The notes: generated from the letters alone by a model not told the origin. Positions 19,986 through 28,933 are shown, counted from the first letter of the stretch. The stretch is DNA of 64,000 nucleotides from Tepidanaerobacteraceae bacterium (GCA_050949725.1 JBMNGH010000007.1:4622-68621); one strand, 5' to 3'. A program made the numbers and translations.

Positions 19986-20213
19986 TTGGCATCCGGGCAA
20001 AGCGGCAAAAAACATGTGGTTGAAGGTATTCACAGAGAGATGGACAATTTTAAATACGAGGTAGCAAGCGAGCTAAATATCCCTGTTTACCAAGGCTCTG
20101 AGGATTACTGGGGAAATATATCCTCAAGGGACTGCGGTGCCGTCGGAGGCAATATGGTGAGAAAAATGATACAAATGGCAGAAACTCAGATAGGTCAAAA
20201 GCAAAAGCTTTAA
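19986..20213 (+). CDS. alpha/beta-type small acid-soluble spore protein
   Basis: 75 aa with the SASP signatures KYEVASELNIPV and RDCGAVGGNMVRKMIQMAE. It has a TTG start after AAAGGGGGA. Confidence 0.9.
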   Translation: MASGQSGKKHVVEGIHREMDNFKYEVASELNIPVYQGSEDYWGNISSRDCGAVGGNMVRKMIQMAETQIGQKQKL

Positions 20214-20246
20214 ACTGAAACATTATAAACCAAAAAACGTAAATGT

Positions 20247-20295
20247 AACCGCCACAAGGTCAAACCATGAAACCAAGTGGCGGTTTAATTTTTAA
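20247..20295 (+). terminator. intrinsic terminator after the SASP gene
   Basis: AACCGCCAC (20247-20255) pairs with GTGGCGGTT (20277-20285), followed by TTTAATTTTT. Confidence 0.7.
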
Positions 20296-20302
20296 CTATT
20301 AA

Positions 20303-21925
20303 CTATGCTTCTTTGAGTTTTTCGAGTGTAAATATTATCTCATACATTAATCTATAGGGATTTAAAAGCGGATCATGGCCCAGCAAACTTGTAATTTTGT
20401 TTTTTCTATAAAAAATTGTATTCTTGTGTAAGTATAATTCATCAGATACGGCCTGCATATTTCCGTTATGTTCAATCAATTTTTCAAGTGTTTGCAGCAA
20501 TGATGATTTAGTTTGTAAATCATATTCTTTCAATCTTTCCAAAGCCTGATCTACAATTTTTTTAGTTGACTCTCTGTTCGCAAGTTGGTCTAAAAGAGTA
20601 TAAACACCTAAATCGGAATAAAAGATACAATTACCTCTTCCAAATATTTTCCTGCCCAATTTAATTGCTTTTATTGCTTCTTTATAACCTTTGGATATGT
20701 CCTGTATTTTGCCGAAATAATTGCAGATACCTATGGAGATAAACAGCTGGTTGTCTTTCGCGTATTTAATAATCCTATCACCCAGTTTTTTTGCACGTTT
20801 ATATAGGTTTTTTTCATCTTCCTTCCCCTCTAGCAAAACAATTATTAAATCACTTCTTAGTCCCACCAGATTTTTTGAATTGTCGTTTAAAATGATTTCC
20901 TCGATTTTTGGTAATATGAAATTTTTTGCATATAGCATACTGCCTTCTGCCTTGTTTTGTTTGTTTAGATCATTGAAATTATCAATATTACATATTAAAA
21001 GTAAATGCTTGTTTGTTAAATCCCAACCAAAACTTTTAGCTCTTGTGTGTGCAACCGTTTCATTGCTAAAATTCCATGTCATCAGGTCTGCTATAAAATC
21101 CCTTTTTAGGGTATCCTTCATATCTTCAAAGCGTTTCTTTTTTGTAAACATAAGCCCTATTGCTATAATGGCCTGTCCGATTGTCAATAATATTTTTTCA
21201 TCTTTGTCAATCATATCCAAAATTACTAAGTAACCATAGTATTGACTTGTCAATATGATCGGGTATATCAAAACTTTTTTTTGAGATACCCACAGAGGGG
21301 ATGGGTTACGGAAATCAACGATATTTCTTTTTACTATTTGTTTTATTTCAGGAATTTCCTCACTCTTAACCTTGTGTTTTGATATGCAAATATTATCACT
21401 ATCAAACAATGCTAACCTTTTTTTTATGATTGAACCTAATGTTGAAAGTAAATCATGTACATCTTTATCTGCTAAAATAACATCATACAATTGCTTTTGT
21501 ACATTTGATGCAAATAACAATTTCTCCTTTTCGATTTTTAATATTTCGTCCATTAATGGAGTTATAATGTCAACATATGCCATATCAGAGGGAACCAAGA
21601 TTAACGGTAAATTTAAGTTATTAGCGAGAGATATGACTTCTTCAGACACCTGTTTTAACCAAAATCCCAATGAGCATATAACCAGGCCGGAACAGGAGCG
21701 TTGTGCCAAAATCCTTATAATATTTAACTGTTTATCGATATCATCGGCAATAGAGTAAAAGGATGTTATGAATAATTCACCACCTCTAATCCAATTGGCT
21801 ACTTCAGAGGATGTGGCCTCCAAAACAGAGACGGAAGATATTTGTTTGTCAAGCCCTCCATGACCGGCTATTACTACCCCCTTTTTTAAGCCGCCTATTT
21901 CTATAGCTTTTCTTACAGATATCAT
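20303..21925 (-). CDS. PucR-family transcriptional regulator (paralog A)
   Basis: 540 aa. It has the N-terminal PucR-like ligand domain (VSVLEATSSEVANWIRGGELFITSFYSI) and a C-terminal PucR HTH (LYLHKNTIFYRKNKITSLLG). It aligns by eye along its whole length with 33529-35166. Confidence 0.85.
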   Translation of the reverse strand: MISVRKAIEIGGLKKGVVIAGHGGLDKQISSVSVLEATSSEVANWIRGGELFITSFYSIADDIDKQLNIIRILAQRSCSGLVICSLGFWLKQVSEEVISLANNLNLPLILVPSDMAYVDIITPLMDEILKIEKEKLLFASNVQKQLYDVILADKDVHDLLSTLGSIIKKRLALFDSDNICISKHKVKSEEIPEIKQIVKRNIVDFRNPSPLWVSQKKVLIYPIILTSQYYGYLVILDMIDKDEKILLTIGQAIIAIGLMFTKKKRFEDMKDTLKRDFIADLMTWNFSNETVAHTRAKSFGWDLTNKHLLLICNIDNFNDLNKQNKAEGSMLYAKNFILPKIEEIILNDNSKNLVGLRSDLIIVLLEGKEDEKNLYKRAKKLGDRIIKYAKDNQLFISIGICNYFGKIQDISKGYKEAIKAIKLGRKIFGRGNCIFYSDLGVYTLLDQLANRESTKKIVDQALERLKEYDLQTKSSLLQTLEKLIEHNGNMQAVSDELYLHKNTIFYRKNKITSLLGHDPLLNPYRLMYEIIFTLEKLKEA

Positions 21926-22109
21926 AATTAGCTCCTTTTTTTAAATTTATTAAAAAACAAATTTTTTGGCATCTTGGGCTTCATAATAGCAAATAAGGGT
22001 AACCTTAATTGTTACCCTTTTATATATTTCGGCATGCTATCAATAAATAATGTTACATATTTTATTTAAAACTATCAATATAACTAATTGGCAGGTAAAC
22101 CATATTTTT

Positions 22110-23570
22110 CTATTTTAGTTCTGCTAAAACATGTAGCAATAACTCCCATGAGCGATTTACAGAATTAAAATCTAAAGTCTCGTCCGGCGAGTGGACATTA
22201 TAAATATTTGGACCAAAGGATATTATATCGATTTCTTGTATATTGTTTTTAAAAAATCCGCACTCAAGCCCCGCATGCACTGCCGTTATCTGTGGCTCTG
22301 CGTTATATAGTTTTGTGTAAGTATTCACAAACAATTCCCGAATATTAGATTTGGGATCGTAATCCCATTCAGGATATTCGGAGTCCGACAATGTGTCAGC
22401 CTGAACGCGTTTTGCTATAAGTTCCATTTTGTTTAAAATATTATATTTTAGGCTTCTCTTTGAGCTCCTGATATTGCTTACAAATGTGACAGTGTTCTCA
22501 ACAGTGTTCACAACACCTAAATTAGTAGAGCTTTCAACTAGGCCCTTTATATCCATGCTCATCGTTTGAACACCATTAGGTATTGTCATTAACACAAATA
22601 TTAAATCGTCCAAGCTTTTATTTGAAAACACTTTTTTCGGCATATCTATTTCATTTATACTTATATTGACTTTTTCATCTGATGACATAAATTCGTTTTT
22701 AATTATTTGGTTCCATGATTCAACTTTACTTTTTAATTTGCCAAAGTCTTGGTTATCTATTAGTATTACCGACTCGGTTTTGCTCGGTATTATATTCATC
22801 TTGATTCCGCCATTGATTTCAGATAAACTGAAATTAATCGTGCTCTGAAGTTCATGCAAAAAGCGACCCATCAGTATATTTGAGTTGCCTCTCCCTTTAT
22901 CTATTTCCAAGCCTGAATGGCCTCCTTTAAGGCCGCTGATCGTAACTCTATATGGGACAAACTCTTTGGGAACGTCCTCCCAAACGATATCGAGTGAGAT
23001 TACATGTCTTATTCCACCGGCACAGCTGGCAACAAACACTCCTTCATCTTCAACATCTAAGTTTATCATGGTTTTACCCGTAATGTTAGTCATGTCAAGT
23101 TGGGCAGCCCCTTGAAGACCTTCTTCTTCATTGGCCGTGAAGATAACTTCTAATGGCGGGTGTGATATTTCTTTTGATTCCAGTATGGCTAAACTGATTG
23201 CCATTCCGATACCGTTATCTGCCCCAAGTGTTGTCCCGTTAGCCTTTATAGTATTTCCATCTATTACTAAGTCAATTGGATCCTTGTCAAAATCATGGGT
23301 TGAAGTGTCTGTTTTTGTACATACCATATCCATGTGGCTCTGCAGAATTACAGTAGGTGATTTTTCGTACCCTGATGTCCCAGGTTTTTTTATTATTACG
23401 TTATAGGCATCATCTTGTATAAATGTAAAGCCGTTTTGTTTTGCAAAGTCTACAAGGTATTTGCTTATCTTTTCTTCTTTGCCTGAGCATCTGGGGATCT
23501 GGCATATTTCTTCAAAAAACTTGAACACAGATTTTGGCTCAATATTATCTAATTTCCCCATTTTTTTCAC
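22110..23570 (-). CDS. pepD: aminoacyl-histidine dipeptidase (PepD, peptidase M20C)
   Basis: 486 aa with the PepD pattern: LDNIEPKSVFKFFEEICQIPRCSGKEEKISKY, LQSHMDMV, GADNGIGMA and NEEEG. Confidence 0.9.
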   Translation of the reverse strand: MKKMGKLDNIEPKSVFKFFEEICQIPRCSGKEEKISKYLVDFAKQNGFTFIQDDAYNVIIKKPGTSGYEKSPTVILQSHMDMVCTKTDTSTHDFDKDPIDLVIDGNTIKANGTTLGADNGIGMAISLAILESKEISHPPLEVIFTANEEEGLQGAAQLDMTNITGKTMINLDVEDEGVFVASCAGGIRHVISLDIVWEDVPKEFVPYRVTISGLKGGHSGLEIDKGRGNSNILMGRFLHELQSTINFSLSEINGGIKMNIIPSKTESVILIDNQDFGKLKSKVESWNQIIKNEFMSSDEKVNISINEIDMPKKVFSNKSLDDLIFVLMTIPNGVQTMSMDIKGLVESSTNLGVVNTVENTVTFVSNIRSSKRSLKYNILNKMELIAKRVQADTLSDSEYPEWDYDPKSNIRELFVNTYTKLYNAEPQITAVHAGLECGFFKNNIQEIDIISFGPNIYNVHSPDETLDFNSVNRSWELLLHVLAELK

Positions 23571-23631
23571 CTCAATGTTAACATTTACATAATTAAATTA
23601 TAACACACAAAAGTCTCTTTGCATCGGCCAT

Positions 23632-23922
23632 TTACTGCTCATCACAATTTTTTAGAATTTCTATTAGTTCAAAAGTCACTTCGTCCAACATGGAAATAAA
23701 CTTTTCTTCATCAGTCATTACCGATAACTTTTCATTTGCAATTTTTTCTGCAACCCTGTTTACTTCCTCATCGTCAAACAGATTGTATTTTTTGAGCAGA
23801 GCCATAAACTTTTCTATGGAATCTACAAGCCTGAAAGGGCCATACATCTTAGGTTCGTTTATACAGCCTTTTGCACTCGAAACAACATATGCCATATAAT
23901 CCAGTATGTCTCGCTTATTCAT
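23632..23922 (-). CDS. small conserved-looking hypothetical protein (96 aa)
   Basis: The ATG at 23922 overlaps the TGA of the upstream nitroreductase gene (ATGA), which suggests translational coupling. The protein is acidic and helical, and I cannot name a family with certainty. Its first 33 or so codons are duplicated at 28626-28750. Confidence 0.6.
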   Translation of the reverse strand: MNKRDILDYMAYVVSSAKGCINEPKMYGPFRLVDSIEKFMALLKKYNLFDDEEVNRVAEKIANEKLSVMTDEEKFISMLDEVTFELIEILKNCDEQ

Positions 23923-24446
23923 TTTTGCTCCCCCCATCGATTGATAAATGTGACTTCTTCTACAGGCCTCCTGGGAGGTGTTGAAGGTCTTTGGTCAGAA
24001 TAACCAAGGCTTATTATCAAATCTACGGAAATTTCATCCGGTAGATCTAGTATTCTCTTAACCGCCTCTTTATTGTATGATTTTACCGTGCAAGTGGCTA
24101 TTCCTTTTTCAGTAGCCATGAGCAGTATGTTCTGCGCTGCCATGGATACGTCTATTATGCTCAGCTCATCCCTGCCAAAAGCCCCTCCCCTTTCATAGGC
24201 CTTTTTACGGTCACTGCAAATCACTATCAGGTTCGGCGGGCCGCCTAGCAAACCTGGAGAAAATGCTTTGATTTGATTGCATATCTTTTCATCATCTACA
24301 ATTATAAAATACCAGGGCTGTATATTGCTCCCGGTTGGTGCATAGATGCCTGCTTCGATCAGTTCTTTAATCGTTTCTGTCGGCACTTTCTTTTTATCAT
24401 ATTTTCTGATACTTCTTCTTCTCTTTATTGTGTCCAAAATGCTCAT
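23919..24446 (-). CDS. nitroreductase-family protein
   Basis: The N-terminal RRSIRKY motif and the motifs APTGSNIQPW and ATEKGIATC place it in the FMN nitroreductase fold. Length is 175 aa. Confidence 0.85.
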   Translation of the reverse strand: MSILDTIKRRRSIRKYDKKKVPTETIKELIEAGIYAPTGSNIQPWYFIIVDDEKICNQIKAFSPGLLGGPPNLIVICSDRKKAYERGGAFGRDELSIIDVSMAAQNILLMATEKGIATCTVKSYNKEAVKRILDLPDEISVDLIISLGYSDQRPSTPPRRPVEEVTFINRWGEQK

Positions 24447-24487
24447 AAAATCTCCCTACCTCTTGTTTATTGTTTGAATAATTAATT

Positions 24488-24530
24488 GCTGTCAAAAGAA
24501 ATACGCTCTATGCGTATTTCTTTTGACAGC
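24488..24530 (-). other. perfect 19-bp inverted repeat (stem-loop) between the racemase and nitroreductase genes, with no U-tract
   Basis: GCTGTCAAAAGAAATACGC (24488-24506) pairs perfectly with GCGTATTTCTTTTGACAGC (24512-24530) around a 5-nt loop. Confidence 0.8.
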
Positions 24531-24548
24531 CGGGTATTTAACGTGAGT

Positions 24549-25280
24549 TTAAACTCGGCTCCAGATGTTTCGGTCTTTGTCACGTGGTGGGATATACGCT
24601 CTTTTGCTCTGAGATATGTTTAGCTTTATCAGTGATTCAAGGTACCTTATAGATACAGCAGCAGGATATAATACCGGAACTGAGTAGCCTTTTTCCTCTA
24701 GCTCTTGTGATAAAAGTTCGTCTACTCCTATCATGCCCGTACACCCAAGAATAATTGCTTGTGCACCGTCACGCTCTATTGCTTCAATAGATTTGTCAAG
24801 CAGGGCTTTGAGCAGTTTGTCTATATCAGATAGTTCTAATACGGGAATATCAACGGATTTCACTGATGCCAATTTTCCACTTAAGCCAACTTGTCTTCCA
24901 ACTTTTTCTATCAATGGCACTACTCCGTCGACAACTGTAACTACCGAAAATCTATGTGTCATATCAGCCGCATATAGCATTGATGCCCTGCAGGGGCCGA
25001 CTACGGGGATATCTAGTTTCTCTCTTGCTGCCTCTACTGCCGGATCTCCCATACAGCTAATAAATACCCCATCATATCCTTCAGCCTGTGCTTTTTCTGC
25101 AAGTTTGAGAATACCGGGTGCTGCTAATGCTTCATCATATTCCCCTTCAATTGATGCTGTGCCGTATTCTATTCTCTCAGCATCGATTTGCACATCTTCA
25201 GAAATAAATTTCTTTATTTCTTCTTTTGTATCATTTTCAAATTCCTTTGTGGTTATAGGGCAAATGACTTTGATTTTCAT
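24549..25280 (-). CDS. Asp/Glu/hydantoin racemase-family protein
   Basis: 243 aa. The N-terminus MKIKVICPITT and the two cysteine-containing half-sites (FISCMGDP and ILGCTGM) are typical of the hydantoin-racemase branch. Confidence 0.85.
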   Translation of the reverse strand: MKIKVICPITTKEFENDTKEEIKKFISEDVQIDAERIEYGTASIEGEYDEALAAPGILKLAEKAQAEGYDGVFISCMGDPAVEAAREKLDIPVVGPCRASMLYAADMTHRFSVVTVVDGVVPLIEKVGRQVGLSGKLASVKSVDIPVLELSDIDKLLKALLDKSIEAIERDGAQAIILGCTGMIGVDELLSQELEEKGYSVPVLYPAAVSIRYLESLIKLNISQSKRAYIPPRDKDRNIWSRV

Positions 25281-25309
25281 TTGTACTCCCTCCTTTACTT
25301 CCCCGTTTT

Positions 25310-26626
25310 TTACTTGAAATCAGCTTCTATATTTACATCTTTAACTGTTTGGCCAAACATATTTATGTTCATTGCTTTAAAGATATATACTAGCACTAGA
25401 TAGAGCACAAAACCCGCTACAAGTGAATTAATGCACTGAATTCCCCATTTTACTGAAAAGCCGATTATTGACGCAATGATCCAGGCAATAAAAGCCGGCC
25501 TTGAAATGTCTCCATATTCGGTGTCCTTATCAAAACTGTATTTACTTTTGTTGATGACAAAATAATCCGCTATTATTATACCTGCTACTGGAGGTACCCC
25601 AACTCCCAATATGGTCAGCCAATTGACGAAATAATCCGCAAGGCCGAAAACACCAGCGATGGTAGCTATTATACCGCATACCAATACTATTTTTGATTTT
25701 TTCACTTTGACTACATTTGAAAATGCCAGCGATGAGGAATACAAATTGTTGTCATTGGTTGTCCACTGTGCAGCGATGAGGACAATGAGCGCTGGTATGC
25801 CTAGACCTAATTGTATCATTGCAGCAGGTAAATCTCCCGTTCCTGTCGTCAAGCATGTTAGATATCCCGCTACGATTACAAATGAGTGCGCTATCATATA
25901 TCCTATAGCTGTTGCTATCAAGGATTGACCTGCATTCTTTGAGTATCTTGTGATATCTGCCTGGATTGCACCTCCAACTGCAAAGGCTCCTACTATGAGA
26001 ACAGCAGCTGCACCGTAACTCATAGTACCTTCAGGCCGTAACGCAAAAAGAGCATCCCAGCCTCCGGTGAGGTTTACAGCTTTTATTATACCCATAAGTG
26101 ATGTTATCAATATTGCAGGTGCTGCAATATTGCTTATTATGCTGAGCCCTCTGTATCCAATATATGCCGACGTCATCATCAAGAGGCCGCCCCATAAGCT
26201 TGCAAACTTTACTGATGTGATAAATCCTCCGTTTGGAAACATGGTGTTTATCGTCATGCCGAAGAACCCAACTTGATAGGCATACCATCCTACCAATGTG
26301 ACTGCTATAATCACGGAAATTACCATTGAGCCCTTTCTGCCAAAAGAATGCCTCGCCAGCATTGCCGTGCTTACACCTTCTCTGGCACCGGCTACACCAA
26401 CCAGACCACCATAAACTGTTAAAATTGCATTACCTATCAATGAGGCTATTATTGCTTCCCTTAGGTTGAGACCTGCTGCTAAAGCAGCTCCTGTAAATAG
26501 GCCGGCCATTGAAATACAAAATCCTATTGCAACTAAAGATACGTTAAATATACTCTTTCGACCCGATGCCGGTACTCGTGAAAGCGCATAGTCATTTTGG
26601 GCAGCAAGATTAGTATTGTTATCCAT
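25310..26626 (-). CDS. NCS1-family permease (cytosine/purine/hydantoin/allantoin transporter type), paralog A
   Basis: 438 aa with 12 hydrophobic spans and CodB-like motifs. It shares the exact string LGLGIPALIVLIAAQWTTNDNNLY with 35319-36617. Confidence 0.9.
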   Translation of the reverse strand: MDNNTNLAAQNDYALSRVPASGRKSIFNVSLVAIGFCISMAGLFTGAALAAGLNLREAIIASLIGNAILTVYGGLVGVAGAREGVSTAMLARHSFGRKGSMVISVIIAVTLVGWYAYQVGFFGMTINTMFPNGGFITSVKFASLWGGLLMMTSAYIGYRGLSIISNIAAPAILITSLMGIIKAVNLTGGWDALFALRPEGTMSYGAAAVLIVGAFAVGGAIQADITRYSKNAGQSLIATAIGYMIAHSFVIVAGYLTCLTTGTGDLPAAMIQLGLGIPALIVLIAAQWTTNDNNLYSSSLAFSNVVKVKKSKIVLVCGIIATIAGVFGLADYFVNWLTILGVGVPPVAGIIIADYFVINKSKYSFDKDTEYGDISRPAFIAWIIASIIGFSVKWGIQCINSLVAGFVLYLVLVYIFKAMNINMFGQTVKDVNIEADFK

Positions 26627-26931
26627 GTTTTATCCCCCTCAATTCATTTTCGAGTCATCTCATGGGTTGATTAGGATTAATCGGTGGTTTGTAACTAAAT
26701 TTTATTGATTGATATTACTCTTTAAGTACTCTTTGAGTTTAGCCTCTCAGTAAATCAATATGTTAAGATACCAATTAGATTTAAGTAAATATATTGCCGA
26801 AGTGTTCCTTAAAGAATAAATAATCCAGGAAATTATCCTTTACAAGCCAAAAATGCTTGTATTGAAAGTTGTGTATTTTTATATAATGTGGTAATCTAAT
26901 AAGGATTATGTCTCTTGGTATTTTAATAATA

Positions 26932-26979
26932 CCCTTGAAAGGTAAGTTCTTTTGAACTTACCTTTTTTTTCACCAAGGG
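26932..26979. terminator. compound hairpin between the DUF917 gene and the permease gene; the strong T8 tract is on the + strand
   Basis: The inner stem is GGTAAGTTC (26941-26949) with GAACTTACC (26954-26962). The outer stem is CCCTTG (26932-26937) with CAAGGG (26974-26979). On the + strand the inner stem is followed by TTTTTTTT, while on the minus strand only UUU follows. Confidence 0.55.
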
Positions 26980-27008
26980 CATTTTGTTATATCTGTAACC
27001 CCAATTTT

Positions 27009-28142
27009 TTACTTAAGCAAATCTTCAATCGGCACATAATCGAAGTCGAAGCCGAAATATCTGGGGCCTAAAATTCCTACACCTTTTTCTGTCCTGAACA
27101 TACTCCTTGCCTTAATTCCAAGCACCGCTACCTCGTCGCCTACCTTCAGTTTGGGGTTGGTTATGGGTTCGCCATCTTTTGAGCTGACTACTGTTATCAT
27201 ATCCGGGCTCGTTGCTACTACTTTATCATTGTTCCATGCTACATGGTTTTCGTTCTTGAACCATATTTTCATCACTTGGCCCGCATATTCTCCGCTGCCC
27301 TCTATTGTATGTGTTCCCCAATAGTAGCCAAGCTTGTCTTCTGTTTCTTTCTTTGTAACCTTACCTTTTATTAAAATCCAGCCTTCTAGCTTATCAGCAA
27401 CTGCCTTGACAGGATCTTTACCCGCTTCTCTTGCTTCCCTTATCATTTTCCCAAGCTCGTAACATTCTGTTAATGTCCCCGGGATTATTGCCTTTTTCAT
27501 TTCTTTGCCTGTCATCAAGAATCCGGTATCACCTGTGAGACCATATGCAGCAGCACTTATTTGCTTACCGATCCTCTCAACAATTCTGTAGTTGATCGCA
27601 TGTTTGATTACACTTACGTTTCCAAACTCATCCACAACAGATAGCGGCCACAACGGTATACCGTGCAGGTAAGGTGTTGTCTGCGGAATTTCAGGAATCG
27701 CTCTACCCGTGTAATCACCGTCTACTGCAGGTAGCCCATTGACCAATCCTGCTGCTATTCCACCTGGCGTGCTTGCCCCTCCTAATTCTAAAGGAACAAC
27801 CGCATCAATCTTTTTCCCCATGTATTTGGAAAGCTCTTTTATTGATTCGGCTATCCTCTGCTTCTCCGTATACTTGGAATCTGTCAGACCAAAACCTTCC
27901 ATCTCTTTCTTGACTTCTGGTGTGTGTGGTGCTATAGAGCCCATTAAAAATGGACATACTGTAATTGCGTCATCGGCTATATCATTTACGTCTACCCATC
28001 CGATTTCCTTGCCTGCCCTCAATTCTGTTAACAGTGAGTCCAGCCCGTTTTCTGCCAGGCCACCTCCGCCAGTTCCGTATAAAGTACAGCCCCTGACAAA
28101 GTCCCTAACCTCCATCTCTGTCTTTAACACTTTCTTAAACAT
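27009..28142 (-). CDS. DUF917-family protein
   Basis: 377 aa. The N-terminal motif VRGCTLYGTGGGG and the overall pattern match my memory of DUF917. It has a strong RBS (AAGGAGG). Confidence 0.8.
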   Translation of the reverse strand: MFKKVLKTEMEVRDFVRGCTLYGTGGGGLAENGLDSLLTELRAGKEIGWVDVNDIADDAITVCPFLMGSIAPHTPEVKKEMEGFGLTDSKYTEKQRIAESIKELSKYMGKKIDAVVPLELGGASTPGGIAAGLVNGLPAVDGDYTGRAIPEIPQTTPYLHGIPLWPLSVVDEFGNVSVIKHAINYRIVERIGKQISAAAYGLTGDTGFLMTGKEMKKAIIPGTLTECYELGKMIREAREAGKDPVKAVADKLEGWILIKGKVTKKETEDKLGYYWGTHTIEGSGEYAGQVMKIWFKNENHVAWNNDKVVATSPDMITVVSSKDGEPITNPKLKVGDEVAVLGIKARSMFRTEKGVGILGPRYFGFDFDYVPIEDLLK

Positions 28143-28389
28143 TTCTAGGCCTCCTTAAACATTTATTAATTAAATAAAATTCTTAATTTAATTTGAGTTT
28201 TTTATCACACCTCCTCCTAACTTTGATCAGGTATAATTTAAGTGGCTAAAAATTAAGATTTCAAAGTCTATTTTATCTTGGTTATTGTTCGAGTCATTCA
28301 ATTTTTGTATTATAAAACCCTTTGTTGTGATATCTAAAAAAAAGAGTATAATTTGTATCAAGATTACAAAAGAAAATACTAATCGGACT

Positions 28390-28525
28390 AGTTGTTCTGG
28401 CAGGAGAATTGATATACCAGTTTACCAAAGCTCTGAAGATTATCGAGTTGAATATGTGTTCTCGAGGTCATACTGTTGGTGGGCAACATATTATTAAACT
28501 GCAACATAGTCTTAGAATGATTCAA
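28390..28525 (+). pseudogene. frameshifted remnant of an alpha/beta-type SASP gene
   Basis: The DNA aligns with 20075-20200. One frame gives IDIPVYQSSEDY (intact gene: LNIPVYQGSEDY). A second frame gives SRGHTVGGQHIIKLQ (intact gene: SRDCGAVGGNMVRKMIQ). No start codon or N-terminus remains. Confidence 0.7.
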
Positions 28526-28625
28526 TGATTGAAATCAAAGTGGGGGGTAAATAATAATAGCCCTTTTGAAGGGCTTGAGTATGTTATAAATAACTAATAT
28601 ATTCTTTTCGATCGTTCAATCGCCA

Positions 28626-28750
28626 ACAAGCCTGAAAGGGCCGTACATTTTCGGTTCGTTTATACAGCCTTTTGCACTCGAAACAACATATGCCATATAA
28701 TCCAGTATGTCTCGCTTATTCATTTTTGCTCCCCCATCGATTGATAGATG
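28626..28750 (-). pseudogene. 125-bp duplicated fragment of the nitroreductase 3' end / small-ORF 5' end junction
   Basis: This stretch is near-identical to 23825-23950. I count about six substitutions by eye, concentrated in CATACATCTTAGG versus CGTACATTTTCGG, plus one C deleted from the C6 run. It is in the same orientation as the intact copy. Confidence 0.85.
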
Positions 28751-28839
28751 AATACAGGCTATTATATATGGAAACCATAAAAGAGGAGATATAGTTTTGT
28801 CGGCTAAGGATTTTTGATGGGGATAATCTGATTAAATAT

Positions 28840-28901
28840 AAGAACCCCACCCGACGACGCAATCAAAGATTGCTGTCGGGGCCCGGGAACCTTGTTGTTT
28901 T
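28840..28901 (+). repeat. dispersed hairpin repeat, copy 4
   Basis: The sequence is AAGAACCCCACCCGACGACGCAATCAAAGATTGCTGTCGGGGCCCGGGAACCTTGTTGTTTT. The outer helix is CCCGAC/GTCGGG. Confidence 0.9.
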
Positions 28902-28933
28902 ATAAAAAATGACAATAAAAGAGAGCAAGGTAT

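Noticed and set aside
24733-25317. A 194-aa + strand ORF that covers almost the whole racemase gene in antisense.
   Set aside because: The product is low-complexity and Ser/Thr/Ala/Ile-rich with no motifs and no RBS. The opposite strand encodes a protein with clear Asp/Glu/hydantoin-racemase signatures. This is a typical shadow ORF.
28285-28497. The 70-aa track ORF, considered as a real gene.
   Set aside because: Its C-terminal part is the out-of-frame remnant of a SASP gene. The SASP similarity switches frame midway, and the N-terminal part has no RBS. I call it a pseudogene instead.
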